From positions 22,398,653 to 22,446,000 of the forward strand of contig NC_059439.1 in assembly GCF_021028975.2 (NCBI RefSeq): a stretch of DNA of 47,348 nucleotides, given 5' to 3'. Shown here in pieces: positions 35,595 through 46,318 of this stretch. The notes beneath the pieces were generated by a model, which had not been told where the DNA came from, ran no database searches, and worked only from the letters and a program-made list of their open reading frames with translations. The DNA comes from Sphaerodactylus townsendi. Taxonomy: Eukaryota. A program made the translations under genes and the position numbers. Within the stretch, counting starts at the first letter, position 1. Every line of letters begins with the position of its first letter.

Positions 35595-35821
35595 TTGCCC
35601 ACAAATCTTTTCCTCAGAAATGAGACTTAATATCCTTCTGCAGAGAATTTTTGTTTGCCTCTCAGGTATAGTACACAGGAAAGAAAACAGAATATTTTGC
35701 ATGAATCATTTACAACTAATCTTCCCATTAAATGGTACTTTCTCCTCCTTCGAGTTCCACATTTTTTTTTGGTTCTGGAAAGTTTATTTCTCCATTTTTC
35801 TTCCATTGTTTTCCCAAGCAG

Positions 35822-36303
35822 TTTTATTTATTTATTTAATTTATTAATTCAGTTTGTTTTCCACCTTCCCTGGCTAAAGTTGGCCTCAGGGTAATGTACA
35901 AGCATCATTAAAACAACATGTCTAATACATAAAACACATAGATTGCAAAAATACTAATCTCATTTGAAATTCAAGATGTCAGAAAAGCTACCTCTAAAAG
36001 CTACCTGGCACAGCTTTGACAAGAGGTTTCATTCAGAATTGTCCAATCATGGGTTAATTCAATGGGGAGGAAGGTTTATGTAGTGAAACAGGATGTCTAA
36101 TAAGCAGGCTTGCAGAGGACTTTGGGGTACACAATTGGTCTCAATCAAAAGCCTGGTGATACATCTCTGTCTTTCAGATTTTGCACAACTATTTAAGATC
36201 CCACAGGGCCCTGGTTTCAGCTGACACAGAGTTCCACCAGTGCGAAATAACCTGGCTCTAGTCTAGGTCAATTGTACATTCCTGGGGCCAGGCACAACTG
36301 CAA
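35822..36303 (-). mobile_element. L2 LINE 3' fragment (duplicated with the unit)
   Basis: Homologous to 18583-19085. Confidence 0.65.
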
Positions 36304-36392
36304 TGTTGTTTGCTTTTGTTGTTTTTAATCCATTTTTAAGCCACATCCTTGTGTAGTCAACCAACCTTCTCTTCAGACATTTTATCCTCCTT

Positions 36393-37148
36393 AACTCAGT
36401 GCATGGCATCTGTGAAAAAGGCAAACTCTATGCTGGGGATAAGTAGGAAAGGAATTGATAATAAAATTGCAAAGATTGTCATGCCCTTATATAAAGCAGT
36501 AGTGCGACCGCGCTTGGAGTACTGTGTCCAGTTCTGGTCTCCGCATCTCAAAAAGGATATTGAGGAGATAGAAAAAGTGCAGAGAAGGGCAACAAGGATG
36601 ATTGAGGGACTGGAGCACCTTCCTTATGAGGAGAGGTTTCAGTGTTTGGGACTCTTTAGTTTGGAGAGATGTCTGAGAGGAGGGGATATGATTGAAGTCT
36701 ATAAAATTATGCATGGGGTAGAAAATGTTGATAGAGAGATATTTCTCTCTCTTTCTCACAATACTAAAACCAGGGGGCATACATTGAAATGCTGAGGGGA
36801 AGAATTAAAACTAATAAAAGGAAACATTTTTTCACGCAACGTGTGATTGGTGTTTGGAATATGCTGCCACAGGAGGTGGTGATGGCCACTAACCTGGATA
36901 GCTTTAAAAAGGGCTTGGACAGATTTATGGAGAAGTCAATCTATGGCTACCAATCTTGATCCTCTTTGATCTGAGATTGCAAATGCCTTAGCAGACCAGG
37001 TGCTCAGGAGCAACAGCAGCAGAAGGTCATTGCTTTCACATTCTGCATGTGAGCTCCCAAAGGCACCTGGTGGGCCACTGCGAGTAGCAGAGTGCTGGAC
37101 TAGATGGACTCTGGTCTGATCCAGCTGGCTTGTTCTTATGTTCTCATG
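36393..37148 (+). mobile_element. CR1 LINE 3' fragment (ORF2 C-terminus + 3'UTR), frameshifted
   Basis: KKANSMLG.....LYKAVVRPRLEYCVQFWSPHLKKDIEEIEKVQRRATRMI; (TTCTTATG)n tail. Confidence 0.95.
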
Positions 37149-37200
37149 TAACAGGTAACTGCAAATGAGGAGGAGAGAGACTTGAGAAACACCTTTCCTA

Positions 37201-37600
37201 ATTTGCGGCCAGATGTGCAGAGGCTACTCAAGTAATCCATGGACACGGCTTGGATTGAAATAGGGCCGCAGCCCTTTTTATTAAACCATTCTTAACAACT
37301 GAAGCTGGGCGAGCAAGAGGAGCGCATGTTCGCAGCCAGACAGCCACCCAGGCTGATCCCAGCTTCCCCTATTAGGGGGTACTTTTTCTGGGTCACGAGG
37401 TATTGGGCTCACCCACAGAGGCCTCTGAAGGCATGCTCCTCAAGCCCTCCCCTTCCCAGCCTCTTATGGAGGCCCCCAATGGCAGGGTGGTCCAGCATGC
37501 AAGCACGGCCTCCCCCAACAACGATGCGGTCCTCTGCCCAAACTGCCCCTCCAGGGCTGCGACGAAGAAAAACTATAAATGCCCCATTCCTTAAGGAAAT
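37201..37600 (-). mobile_element. TSD-less LTR-like fragment (candidate Ngaro B repeat)
   Basis: Homologous to 45545-45935; minus-strand AATAAAAAGGGCTGCGGCCC. Confidence 0.55.
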
Positions 37601-37602
37601 GA

Positions 37603-37702
37603 GATAATACATTTCTTTGTGTTCCTCACAGTATATTTGACTGCAGTGACTGGCAACCTTTTCATCATTGTTGCTGTAACTTTGGATCATCGCTTGCATA
37701 CA
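37603..37702 (+). pseudogene. OR relic (TM1 only), runs into gap
   Basis: FLTVYLTAVTGNLFIIVAVTLDHRLHT. Confidence 0.85.
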
Positions 37703-37832
37703 NNNNNNNNNNNNNNNNNNNNNNNNNNNNNNNNNNNNNNNNNNNNNNNNNNNNNNNNNNNNNNNNNNNNNNNNNNNNNNNNNNNNNNNNNNNNNNNNNN
37801 NNNNNNNNNNNNNNNNNNNNNNNNNNNNNNNN
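37703..37832. other. Assembly gap (N)
   Basis: 130 N; paralog has a (GT)n at this position. Confidence 1.
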
Positions 37833-39968
37833 ATGGGCCAAAGAAAGCGATGTGAAAATGCCGTAAAAGGGTTTACACCATTTTCACACCTTTTTCACAC
37901 CACTGTTTTAGGCTTATGTGGAATATGCCTATATGTTTATGTTTGCATGTATTTATATATATAAATACACACATATACACATACTTCAAGATTTAATCAA
38001 TGTAAGCCCAACCTCAGAAATGCTGAGGTACCTTTCTTTTGTATGTAAAGTACCAAAGTGGAAGGACTGCAGTACCATGACAGCTGTAGATCATGCTTAA
38101 ATGTCTGGTCTTCCTTCATGCACAGCCATGATCCATTAATTACCTATTTAGGCTAGTTACAAAAAATGGAAGTGATAATACAGAAGAGGAAAAAAGACTT
38201 CATCACTTTGGAGTAAGGTGAGGTGAACTCTTGGGACTCAGTTGCTAAGAACAGAACATAAATTAAGTTCTACCTCATTCCCACAGTGTTTTTAGCTCAC
38301 AAGGTGACAGAAATTAGTGGAATAGCAAGTTCTCTAAGGAATGCCATGAGCAAATGGATATATGAATTTAAATAGCTGAGGCAGAAACTGAGCTCTTGTT
38401 TGTCACCGATCATAATTGATGTTATTTATTCATTGGTCCAAATCCCTATCAGAAATTAATGATACCCAATGACACGGCATTGCCTCTGCAGCAGTAACTG
38501 AGTCAGGAAAACTAAGAAGGAAAGTGCTGGAGAAGAAAGAGGATTCTAAGGTATGTGGTCATATTTGATATTGAGAAATTAGCATATGAGTCTAGAGTGA
38601 TTGCAGCAAAATGAGTCTATAGTGATTGCACCAAAGAGTTTCCTTCCAGCCTTTTACAATGTTTTACAATATCCTTTTCTTGGGGAAAAAATAAATCAAC
38701 ATCAGAGTGTCACAGAAACTGTTCCCGTTGCCCTGGTGCCAGACTTCTTATATATACTCAGAGACCCATGTCCATTTGAAGAAGCAAAGGGCTTCTTCAG
38801 GTTTATTAGAATAAATTGGGCAGCCTGAAGAACAGCAGAGAGAAATACCATATCCAGAATTTAATAGGTGATAAGCAGAATATTTCCTAAAGATGTGGTT
38901 TTGCTGTCAAAAAGGGGAAAAGAAATAATAATACAAAATATTCTTTTTTCATGTCTACTTAGAAGGAAATGAGATTCTTGGAAGATTGTGTGTGAGAGAT
39001 GGTCTTTGGGGATGATGGAGTCTGCCCTTGGTTTCCAAGGTTGTCTGAGAATGAACGGCTGGGTGAAACAGCCCTTTAAAAATCATTAACCCTATAGACC
39101 ATTGAAATTTTAATATGGAGCTGGGAAAAATCCAGTTTGAGTTCCCGCTAACAAGGGGTGCCTGAGAATCTATATGGAGGTGAGGAACCAGATTAAGTTT
39201 ATATTAAAAAGACACAGGGCTTTGGTGGTTGATTTTGACGGAACTAAACTAAACTTGGGTGGTTGATGGTGACGGAACTTAAGTCCTGCTTCTCTGGGCA
39301 GTTCAGGATACCCACTTTCATTTTAGGTGAATTTGATAATTTGAAAACTCTAGAAGGGAAGGCAGCATTCACAGACATCAGCCAGATAAAGCAATTCAGA
39401 CACATTTAATGCAGGCCCTTAAGAAAACTACCCCAGATGCTTTTCACGGCTATATATAAATGTGTTGGAACATTGTTTCCATGTACAGTATTTTCAATTT
39501 TTAACTGTCTACAAGCAGAAAACAAATACTCAAGGGGGAGGGGAATCTCACACCCCATTTACTTTGTCCAGTTAAGCAGGCATACAGGAGTCTACGGAGA
39601 AGCGGATCCAAATAACGTATTACCATGTATGTGTGTATGTGGGTGTGGGTGTAGGGGAGGTCCAATCAATAACTTATGTTTGGGCAAACTCACATACAGA
39701 TCGAGTGTAGGATAAGGGACAACCAGTGAGATGCTGGATCAATCATCCAATTTTCCCATATGCAAACGACCCTATCCTTTGCTCATTCAAGACAACAGTT
39801 GCTGCTAGACTCAGATGGTTGAACAAGGAATTGTGGTAAAATATTCACTGATATTGATTATCTGTGCAGTCAGAAGAAACCCCTATTGAAGAGACCAGAG
39901 TAGGATTCTGAGGAGACCTGTGTGTATTGTTCTCTGAAATACTTCCTCTCCTTAGCCCTACAGGTAAC

Positions 39969-40922
39969 ATGCAAATCGATATTGGAAGCAAAATGCCAAA
40001 CCTCACCTCTACATGGGAATTTCTGCTCCTTGAATTTTCAGACATCCGAGAAGTACAGATCTTATACTTCTTTGTATTCCTCATGGTATACTTGACTGCA
40101 GTGACTGGCAACCTTCTGATCATCCTTGCTGTAGCCCTGGATCATCATCTCCACACCCCCATGTACTTCTTTCTCATGAACCTGGCCGTCCTGGATCTTG
40201 GCACTGTTTCTGCCCTGTTACCCAAAACAATGGCAAATGCTTACCTAAACAGCAGGTCAATTTCTTATTTAGGATGTGTAGCTCAAGTTCTCTTCCTCTT
40301 TTTCTTTGGGGGCTCAGATTTTGCCATCTTGACAATAATGGCACATGATCGTCGTATTGCTATCTGCAATCCATTGCAATATAAGACAATTATGCATAGA
40401 GGAGCCTGCATTCAGATGGCGGTCAGTGCATGGATTGCTGGTCTAATCAATGGTGTGTTACACAGCGGAGGAACTTTTGCTATCATCTTCTGTTCCAACA
40501 TAATCAATCAGTTCTTCTGTGAAGTCCCACAGATGTTAATACTTGCCTGTTCGGACATGTATCTCGTTGAAGTTGGACTGACTATACTGACCTCTTTCTT
40601 TATATTAGGATGCTTCATCTTCATCATTGTCAGCTATGTGCGGATTTTTGAAGCAGTGCTCAAAATCCCTTCTGTGCATGGTCAGAAAAAGGCCATCTCC
40701 ACTTGCCTTCCCCATGTCACTGTGGTCTCTTTGCTTACCTTTACTGGCATCTTTGCCTATTTGAGGCCTCAGAGTTACATTTCATCTGACCTGAATGTTC
40801 TTTCTGCAGTTATTTATGCTATAGTCCCTCCCTTGCTCAATCCATTCATTTATAGCATGAGAAACAAAGAAATCAAGACTGCATTGTTGAAGCTCTTTGA
40901 TTTGGGCAGCATTCTAAAATAA
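39969..40922 (+). CDS. Olfactory receptor, OR14-like (OR-10), intact, chimeric; alternative start 39993
   Basis: MQIDIGSKMPNLTS..., MAHDRRIAICNPL, STCLPHV, PPLLNPFIYSMRNKEIK. Confidence 0.93.
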   Translation: MQIDIGSKMPNLTSTWEFLLLEFSDIREVQILYFFVFLMVYLTAVTGNLLIILAVALDHHLHTPMYFFLMNLAVLDLGTVSALLPKTMANAYLNSRSISYLGCVAQVLFLFFFGGSDFAILTIMAHDRRIAICNPLQYKTIMHRGACIQMAVSAWIAGLINGVLHSGGTFAIIFCSNIINQFFCEVPQMLILACSDMYLVEVGLTILTSFFILGCFIFIIVSYVRIFEAVLKIPSVHGQKKAISTCLPHVTVVSLLTFTGIFAYLRPQSYISSDLNVLSAVIYAIVPPLLNPFIYSMRNKEIKTALLKLFDLGSILK

Positions 40923-41149
40923 TTGCCTGCAAATCTTTTCCTAAAAAATGAGACTTAATATCCTTCTGCAGAGAATTTTTGTTTGCCTCTCAGGTATAGT
41001 ACACAGGAAAGAAAACAGAATATTTTGCATGAATCATTTACAACTAATCTTCCCATTAAATGGTACTTTCTCCTCCTTCGAGTTCCACATTTTTTTTTGG
41101 TTCTGGAAAGTTTATTTCTCCATTTTTCTTCCATTGTTTTCCCAAGCAG

Positions 41150-41770
41150 TTTTATATATTTTATTTATTTATGCAATTTGTTTTCCACCTTCCCTGGCTG
41201 AAGTTGGCCTCAGGGTAATGTACAAGCCTCATTAAAACTAGATGTCTAATACATAAAACACATAGGCTCATTCTGCACATGCAAAATAATGCACTTTCAA
41301 AGTGCTTTCAGTGCTCTTGGAAGCTGTGTGGAATAGCAAAATTCACTTGCAAACAGTTGTGAAAGTGTTTTAAAAACGCATTATTTTGCATATGTGGAAG
41401 GGGCCATAGATTGCAAAAATACTAATCTCATTTGAAATTCAAGATGTCAGAAAAGCTACCTCTAAAAGCTACCTGGCACAGCTTTGACAAGACGTTACAT
41501 TCAGAATTGTCCAATCATGGGTTAATTCAATGGGGAGGGAGGGTTATGTAGAGAAACAGAATGTCTAATAAGCAGGCTACAGAGGACTTTTGGGGTACAC
41601 AATTGGTCTCAATCAAAAGCCTGGTGATACATCTCTGTCTTTCAGATTTTGCACAACTATTTAAGATCCCACAGGGCCCTGGTTTGAGCTGACATAGAGT
41701 TCCACCAGCGTGAAATAACCTGGCTCTAGTGGAGGTCAATCGTACATTCCTGGGGCCAGGCACAACTGCA
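41150..41770 (-). mobile_element. L2 LINE 3' fragment interrupted by a MITE
   Basis: Homologous to 35822-36303. Confidence 0.65.
41265..41405. mobile_element. 141-bp MITE, PIF/Harbinger-type
   Basis: Imperfect 28-bp TIRs GGCTCATTCTGCACATGCAAAATAATGC / GCATTATTTTGCATATGTGGAAGGGGCC; TSD ATA; empty site at ~35938. Confidence 0.88.
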
Positions 41771-41858
41771 ATGTTGTTGCTGTTGTTGTTTTTAATTCAT
41801 TTTAAGCCACATCCTTGTGTAGTCACCCAACCTTCTCTTCAGACATTTTATCCTCCTC

Positions 41859-42618
41859 AACTCAGTGCATGGCAGCTGTGAAAAAGGCAAACTCTATGCT
41901 GGGGATAATTAGGAAAGGAATTGATAATAAAACTGCAAAGATTGTCATGCTCTTATATAAAGCAGTGGTGCGACCGCACTTGGAGTACTGTGTTCAGTTC
42001 TGGTCACCACATCTCAAAAAGGATATTGAAGAGATAGAAAAAGTGCAGAGAAGTGCAGCGAGGATGATTGAAAGATTGGAGCACCTTCCTTATGAGGAGA
42101 GGTTGCAGCGTTTGGGACTCTTTAGTTTGGAGAGGAGACGTCTGAGAGGGGATATGATTGAAGTCTATAAAATTATGCATGGGGTAGAAAATGTTGACAG
42201 AGAGAAATTTTTCTCTCTTTCTCACAATACTAGAACCAGGGGGCATACATTGAAAATGCTGGGGGAAAGAATTAGGACTAATAAAAGGAAACATTTCTTC
42301 ACTCAACGTGTGATTGGTGTTTGGAATATGCTGCCACAGGAGGTGGTGATGGCCACTAACCTGGATAGCTTTAAAAAGGGCTTGGACAGATTTATGGAGG
42401 AAAAGTCGATCTATGGCTACCAAACTTGATCCTCCTTGATCTGAGATTGCAAATGCCTTATCAGACCAAGTGCTTGGAAGCAATAGCAGCAGAAGGCAGC
42501 TGCTTTCACCTCCTGCATGTGAGCTCCCAAAGGCACCTGGTGGGCCACTGCGAGTAGCAGAGTGCTGGACTAGATGGACTCTGGTCTGATCCAGCTGGCT
42601 TGTTCTTATGTTCTTATG
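41859..42618 (+). mobile_element. CR1 LINE 3' fragment, ORF2 C-terminus open to stop at 42429
   Basis: LYKAVVRPHLEYCVQFWSPHL...FSLERRRLRGDMIEVYKIM...FFTQRVIGVWNMLP; same junctions as 36393-37148. Confidence 0.95.
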
Positions 42619-42670
42619 TAACAGGTAACTGCAAATGAGGAGGAGAGAGACTTGAGAAACACCTTTCCTT

Positions 42671-43105
42671 ATTTGCGGCCGGATGTGCAGAGGCTACTCA
42701 AGTAATCCATGGACACGGCTTGGATTGAAATAGGGCCGCAGCCCTTTTTATTAAACCATTCTTAACAACTGAAGCTGGGCGAGCAAGAGGAGTGCATGTT
42801 CGCAGCCAGACAGCCACCCAGGCTGAGCCCAGCTTCCCCTATTTGGGGGTACTTTTTCTGGGTCACGAGGCATCCGACCTGTTTCCCATGGCCCGTCATC
42901 TGAGGTATTGGGCTCACCCACAGAGGCCTCCGAAGGCATGCTCCTCAAGCCCTCCCCTTCCCAGCCTCTTATGGAGGCCCCCAATGACGGGGTGGTCCAG
43001 CATGCAAGCACGACCTCCCCCAACAACGATGCGGTCCTCTGCCCAGACTGCCCCTCCAGGGCTGCGATGAAGAAAAACTATAAATGTCCCATTCCTTCTG
43101 GAAAT
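42671..43105 (-). mobile_element. TSD-less LTR-like fragment (candidate Ngaro B repeat), duplicate of 37201-37600
   Basis: Near-identical to 37201-37600 apart from a ~35-bp indel. Confidence 0.55.
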
Positions 43106-43107
43106 GA

Positions 43108-43217
43108 GATAATATATTTCTTTGTGTTCCTTACAGTATATTTGACTGCAGTGACTGGCAACCTTTTCATCATTGTTGCTGTAACTTTGGATCATCACTT
43201 GTATACACCCATGTACT
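43108..43217 (+). pseudogene. OR relic (TM1 to PMY) followed by imperfect (GT)n
   Basis: IIYFFVFLTVYLTAVTGNLFIIVAVTLDHHLYTPMY. Confidence 0.88.
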
Positions 43218-43261
43218 ATAGGTGTGTGTGACTGTGTGTGTGTGTGTGTGTGTTTGGGTAT

Positions 43262-43390
43262 GGCGGATGCCACATGGGCCAAAAACAGTGATGTGAAAAT
43301 GGTGTAAAAGAGTTTAAAATGCCGTAAAAGGGTTTACACCATTTTCACAACTTTTTCACACCACTGTTTTAGGCTTATGTGGAATATGCC
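43262..43390. mobile_element. Palindromic MITE, Harbinger-like
   Basis: GGCGGATGCCACATGGGCCAAAAACAGTG...CACTGTTTTAGGCTTATGTGGAATATGCC; TSD TAT; partial copies at ~37833-37929 and ~26075-26175. Confidence 0.7.
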
Positions 43391-44003
43391 TATATGTTTA
43401 TGTTTGCATGTATTTACATATATAAATACAGACACACATACTTCAACGTCAAGGTTTAATCCATGTAACCTCAAAAATGCTGCGGTACCTTTCATTTGGA
43501 TGTAAACTACCAAAGTGGAAGGACTGCAATACCATGACAGCCGTAGATCATGCTTAGATGTATTTGGTCTTCCTTCATGCACAGCCATGATGCATTAATT
43601 ACCTATTTAGGCTAGTTACAAAAAATGGAAGTGATAATACAGAAGAAGAAAAAAGACTTCATCACTTTGGAGTATGGTGAGGTGAACTCTTGGGACTCAG
43701 TTGCTAAGAACAGAACATAAATTAAGTTCTACCTCATTCCCACAGTGTTTTAGCTCACAAGGTGACAGAAATTAGTGGAATAGCAAGTTCTCTAAGGAAT
43801 GCCATGAGCAAATGGATATATGAATTTAAATAGCTGAGGCAGAAACTGAACTCTTGTTTGTCACCGATCATAATTGATGTTATTTATTCATTGGTCCAAA
43901 TCCCTATCCAAAATTAATAATACCCAATGACATGGCATTGGCTCTGCAGCAGTATCTGAGTCAGGGAAACTAAGAAGAAAAGTGCTGGAGAAGAAAGAAA
44001 TCT

Positions 44004-45475
44004 CAGCAAGAATGATGAGAAGGTTGCCAGTCACTGCAGTCAAGTATACTGTGAGGTATACAAAGAAGTGAAAGATCTGTACTTCTCGGATGTCTGAAAA
44101 TTCAAGGAGCAGAAATTACCATGTAGAGGTGAGGTTCTTTCTCATGAACCTGGCCGTCCTGGATCTTGGCACTGTTTCTGCCCTGTTACCCAAAACAATG
44201 GTAAATGCTTACATAAACAGCAGATCAATTTCTTATTTGGGGTGTGTAGCTCAAGTTCTCTTCCTCTTTTTCTTTGGGGGCTCTGATTTTGCCATCTTGA
44301 CAATCATGGCACGTGATTGTCGTATTGCTATCTGCAATCCATTGCAATATATGGCCGTTTCCGCACGGCCCCCCAGACGCCCCCACGCCAGCAAGAATTC
44401 TGCCAGCGTGGGGGCGGAGGCCGTTCGCACGCAAGCATGCGAGCGGCCTCAGGAGAGGCCGGCGGACGACAGGCGGCTCTGCATGGAGCCGCCTCTGCCC
44501 CCTTCCATTTCCCACTCACCTTGTCCCCGTCATCAGCCTGCTGGCCTCTGAAGCCCCGCCCATGCTGCCCTCCGACCTCCAGGGGTCGGAGGACAGTGAG
44601 GGAGGGGCTTCGGAGGCCAGCAGGCCGATGACGGGGACAAGGTGAGTGGGAAAGGGAAGGGAAACAGCGTGTTCCCGGTGGTGCCGTTCGCACCGCGCCG
44701 CCGGGAACACGCTGTTGGGGCAAAAACACCCCTTTAAAGGGTTGTTTTTTAGGGCGGCCTGACGCCGCCCTGGGGGAGGGGGAGCGAAGCCAGGTCGGCG
44801 CTGCTGCATTGCAGCAGCACCGCCTGTGCGAATGGCTCCCTGGGGACGGCGTTTTTCCCGTCCCCAGGGCGCCATAAACGGGCCGTGTGGAAACGGCCTA
44901 AGACAATTATGCACAGAGGAGCCTGCATTCAGATGGCGGTCAGTGCATGGATTGCTGGTATAATCAATGGTGTGTTACACAGCGGAGGAATTTTTGCAAT
45001 CACCTTCTGTTCCAACATAGTCGATCAGTTCTTCTGTGAAGTCCCACAGATGTTAATACTTGCCTGTTCTGACATGTATCTCGTGGAAGTTGGACTGACT
45101 CTACTGACCTCTTTCTTTGCATTAGGATGCTTCATCTGCATCATTGTCAGCTATGTGCAGATTTTTCGAGCAGTGCTTGGAATTCCTTCTGTGCCTGGCC
45201 AGAAAAAGGCCATCTCCACTTGCCTTCCCCATCTCACTGTGGTGTGTTTGCTTATATTTAGTGGCATCTTTGCCTATGTGAGACCTCGCAGATACTCTTC
45301 AGCTGACCTTAATGTTCTTTCTGCAATAATTTATGCAGTTGTCCCTCCTTTGCTCAATCCATTCATTTATAGCACGAGAAACAAAGAAATCAAAACTGTG
45401 TTGCTGAAGCTCACTGACTGGAGACATTTTTCTAAAATGATTGCTCACAAAGCTTTCCTGCCAGAATGGGGTTGA
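44004..45475 (+). pseudogene. OR pseudogene (OR-12): 5' part inverted, start lost, MITE insertion
   Basis: 44004-44136 reverse-complements to NLTSTW*FLLLEFSDIREVQ...GNLLIILA; forward CDS from 44135 to ~44350 and from ~44900 to 45475. Confidence 0.93.
44353..44898. mobile_element. GC-rich palindromic MITE (relative of 14469-14930) inside OR-12
   Basis: TIR GGCCGTTTCCGCACGGCC / GGCCGTGTGGAAACGGCC; flanks TAT/TAA; empty site caatataagaca at ~40377. Confidence 0.9.
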
Positions 45476-45540
45476 ATCATCTTGTTTGGGGAACTCTTTT
45501 ATTTGGTTTTGTGCTTCAGGTACAGTTCAGAAGAAAGATT

Positions 45541-46318
45541 GTGGTCAGATGTGCAGATGCTACCCTAGTGAATAAACACAGGACACCTTCTGGATTGAAA
45601 TGGGCCGCAGCCCTTTTATTGATTGCTGAAGCTGAGGCGAACAGGAGGAGCGCATCCTAACAGCTGGACAGCATCACAGCTTCCCCAGCACCAACCCTAA
45701 TCTTAATTGGGGATCCTCCACATCCTGGGCTGCCAGGTGCTCACCCCCTTTGTGGCCCCTAACTGGTGGTTTGTCGGGCTCCAATGCAGAGGCCTACCCG
45801 GCATGCTCCCTGAGCCTGACCCATTCCAAGCCCCATTCTGGGGCCTTGAACCACGGGGAGGTTCATCTTACAATTTCAGCCTCCCCACAAGGATGCGCTC
45901 CTCTGCCCAAGCCACCAGGGCTGTGACAAGGGGTAGCCGAACATCTCACGACCCTGTCCCATAAAGGGAGGAAGGGTGGGTCAATTCGCCAAAGGTGCCA
46001 AAAAGAGGCTGAGGACACCACATGCTGCCTATTATATAGGGAGCATGCTCCACCCTTCGCCCCATACATCATGCATGTCATTGCCAGGTGGTAAGGTTCA
46101 GCCGCTCAGTCACCCAGAGCCACTCCCGCTCCTACACGGAGTACACTGCATGCTCTGCCCCCTGTCGCAATTGTTGATTCAAGTGCTGTCATTTGCAGCC
46201 AGATGTGCAGATGCTACCCTAGTGAATAAACACAGGACACGCTCTGGATTGAAATGGGCCACAGCCCTTTTGTTGAATGCTGAAGCTGAGTGAACAGGAG
46301 GAGTGCATCCTAACAGCC
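45541..46318 (-). mobile_element. TSD-less element with ~120-bp direct repeats (candidate Ngaro B1-A2-B2 3' end)
   Basis: 45546-45665 repeated at ~46200-46318; minus-strand TATATAA and AATAAA; empty paralog agaaagattagattgaatttt at ~4026-4046. Confidence 0.65.

Noticed and set aside
44004-45475. Processed OR retrocopy with twin-priming 5' inversion
   Set aside because: Geometry fits, but both flanks are collinear with paralogous genomic units and there is no poly-A or TSD
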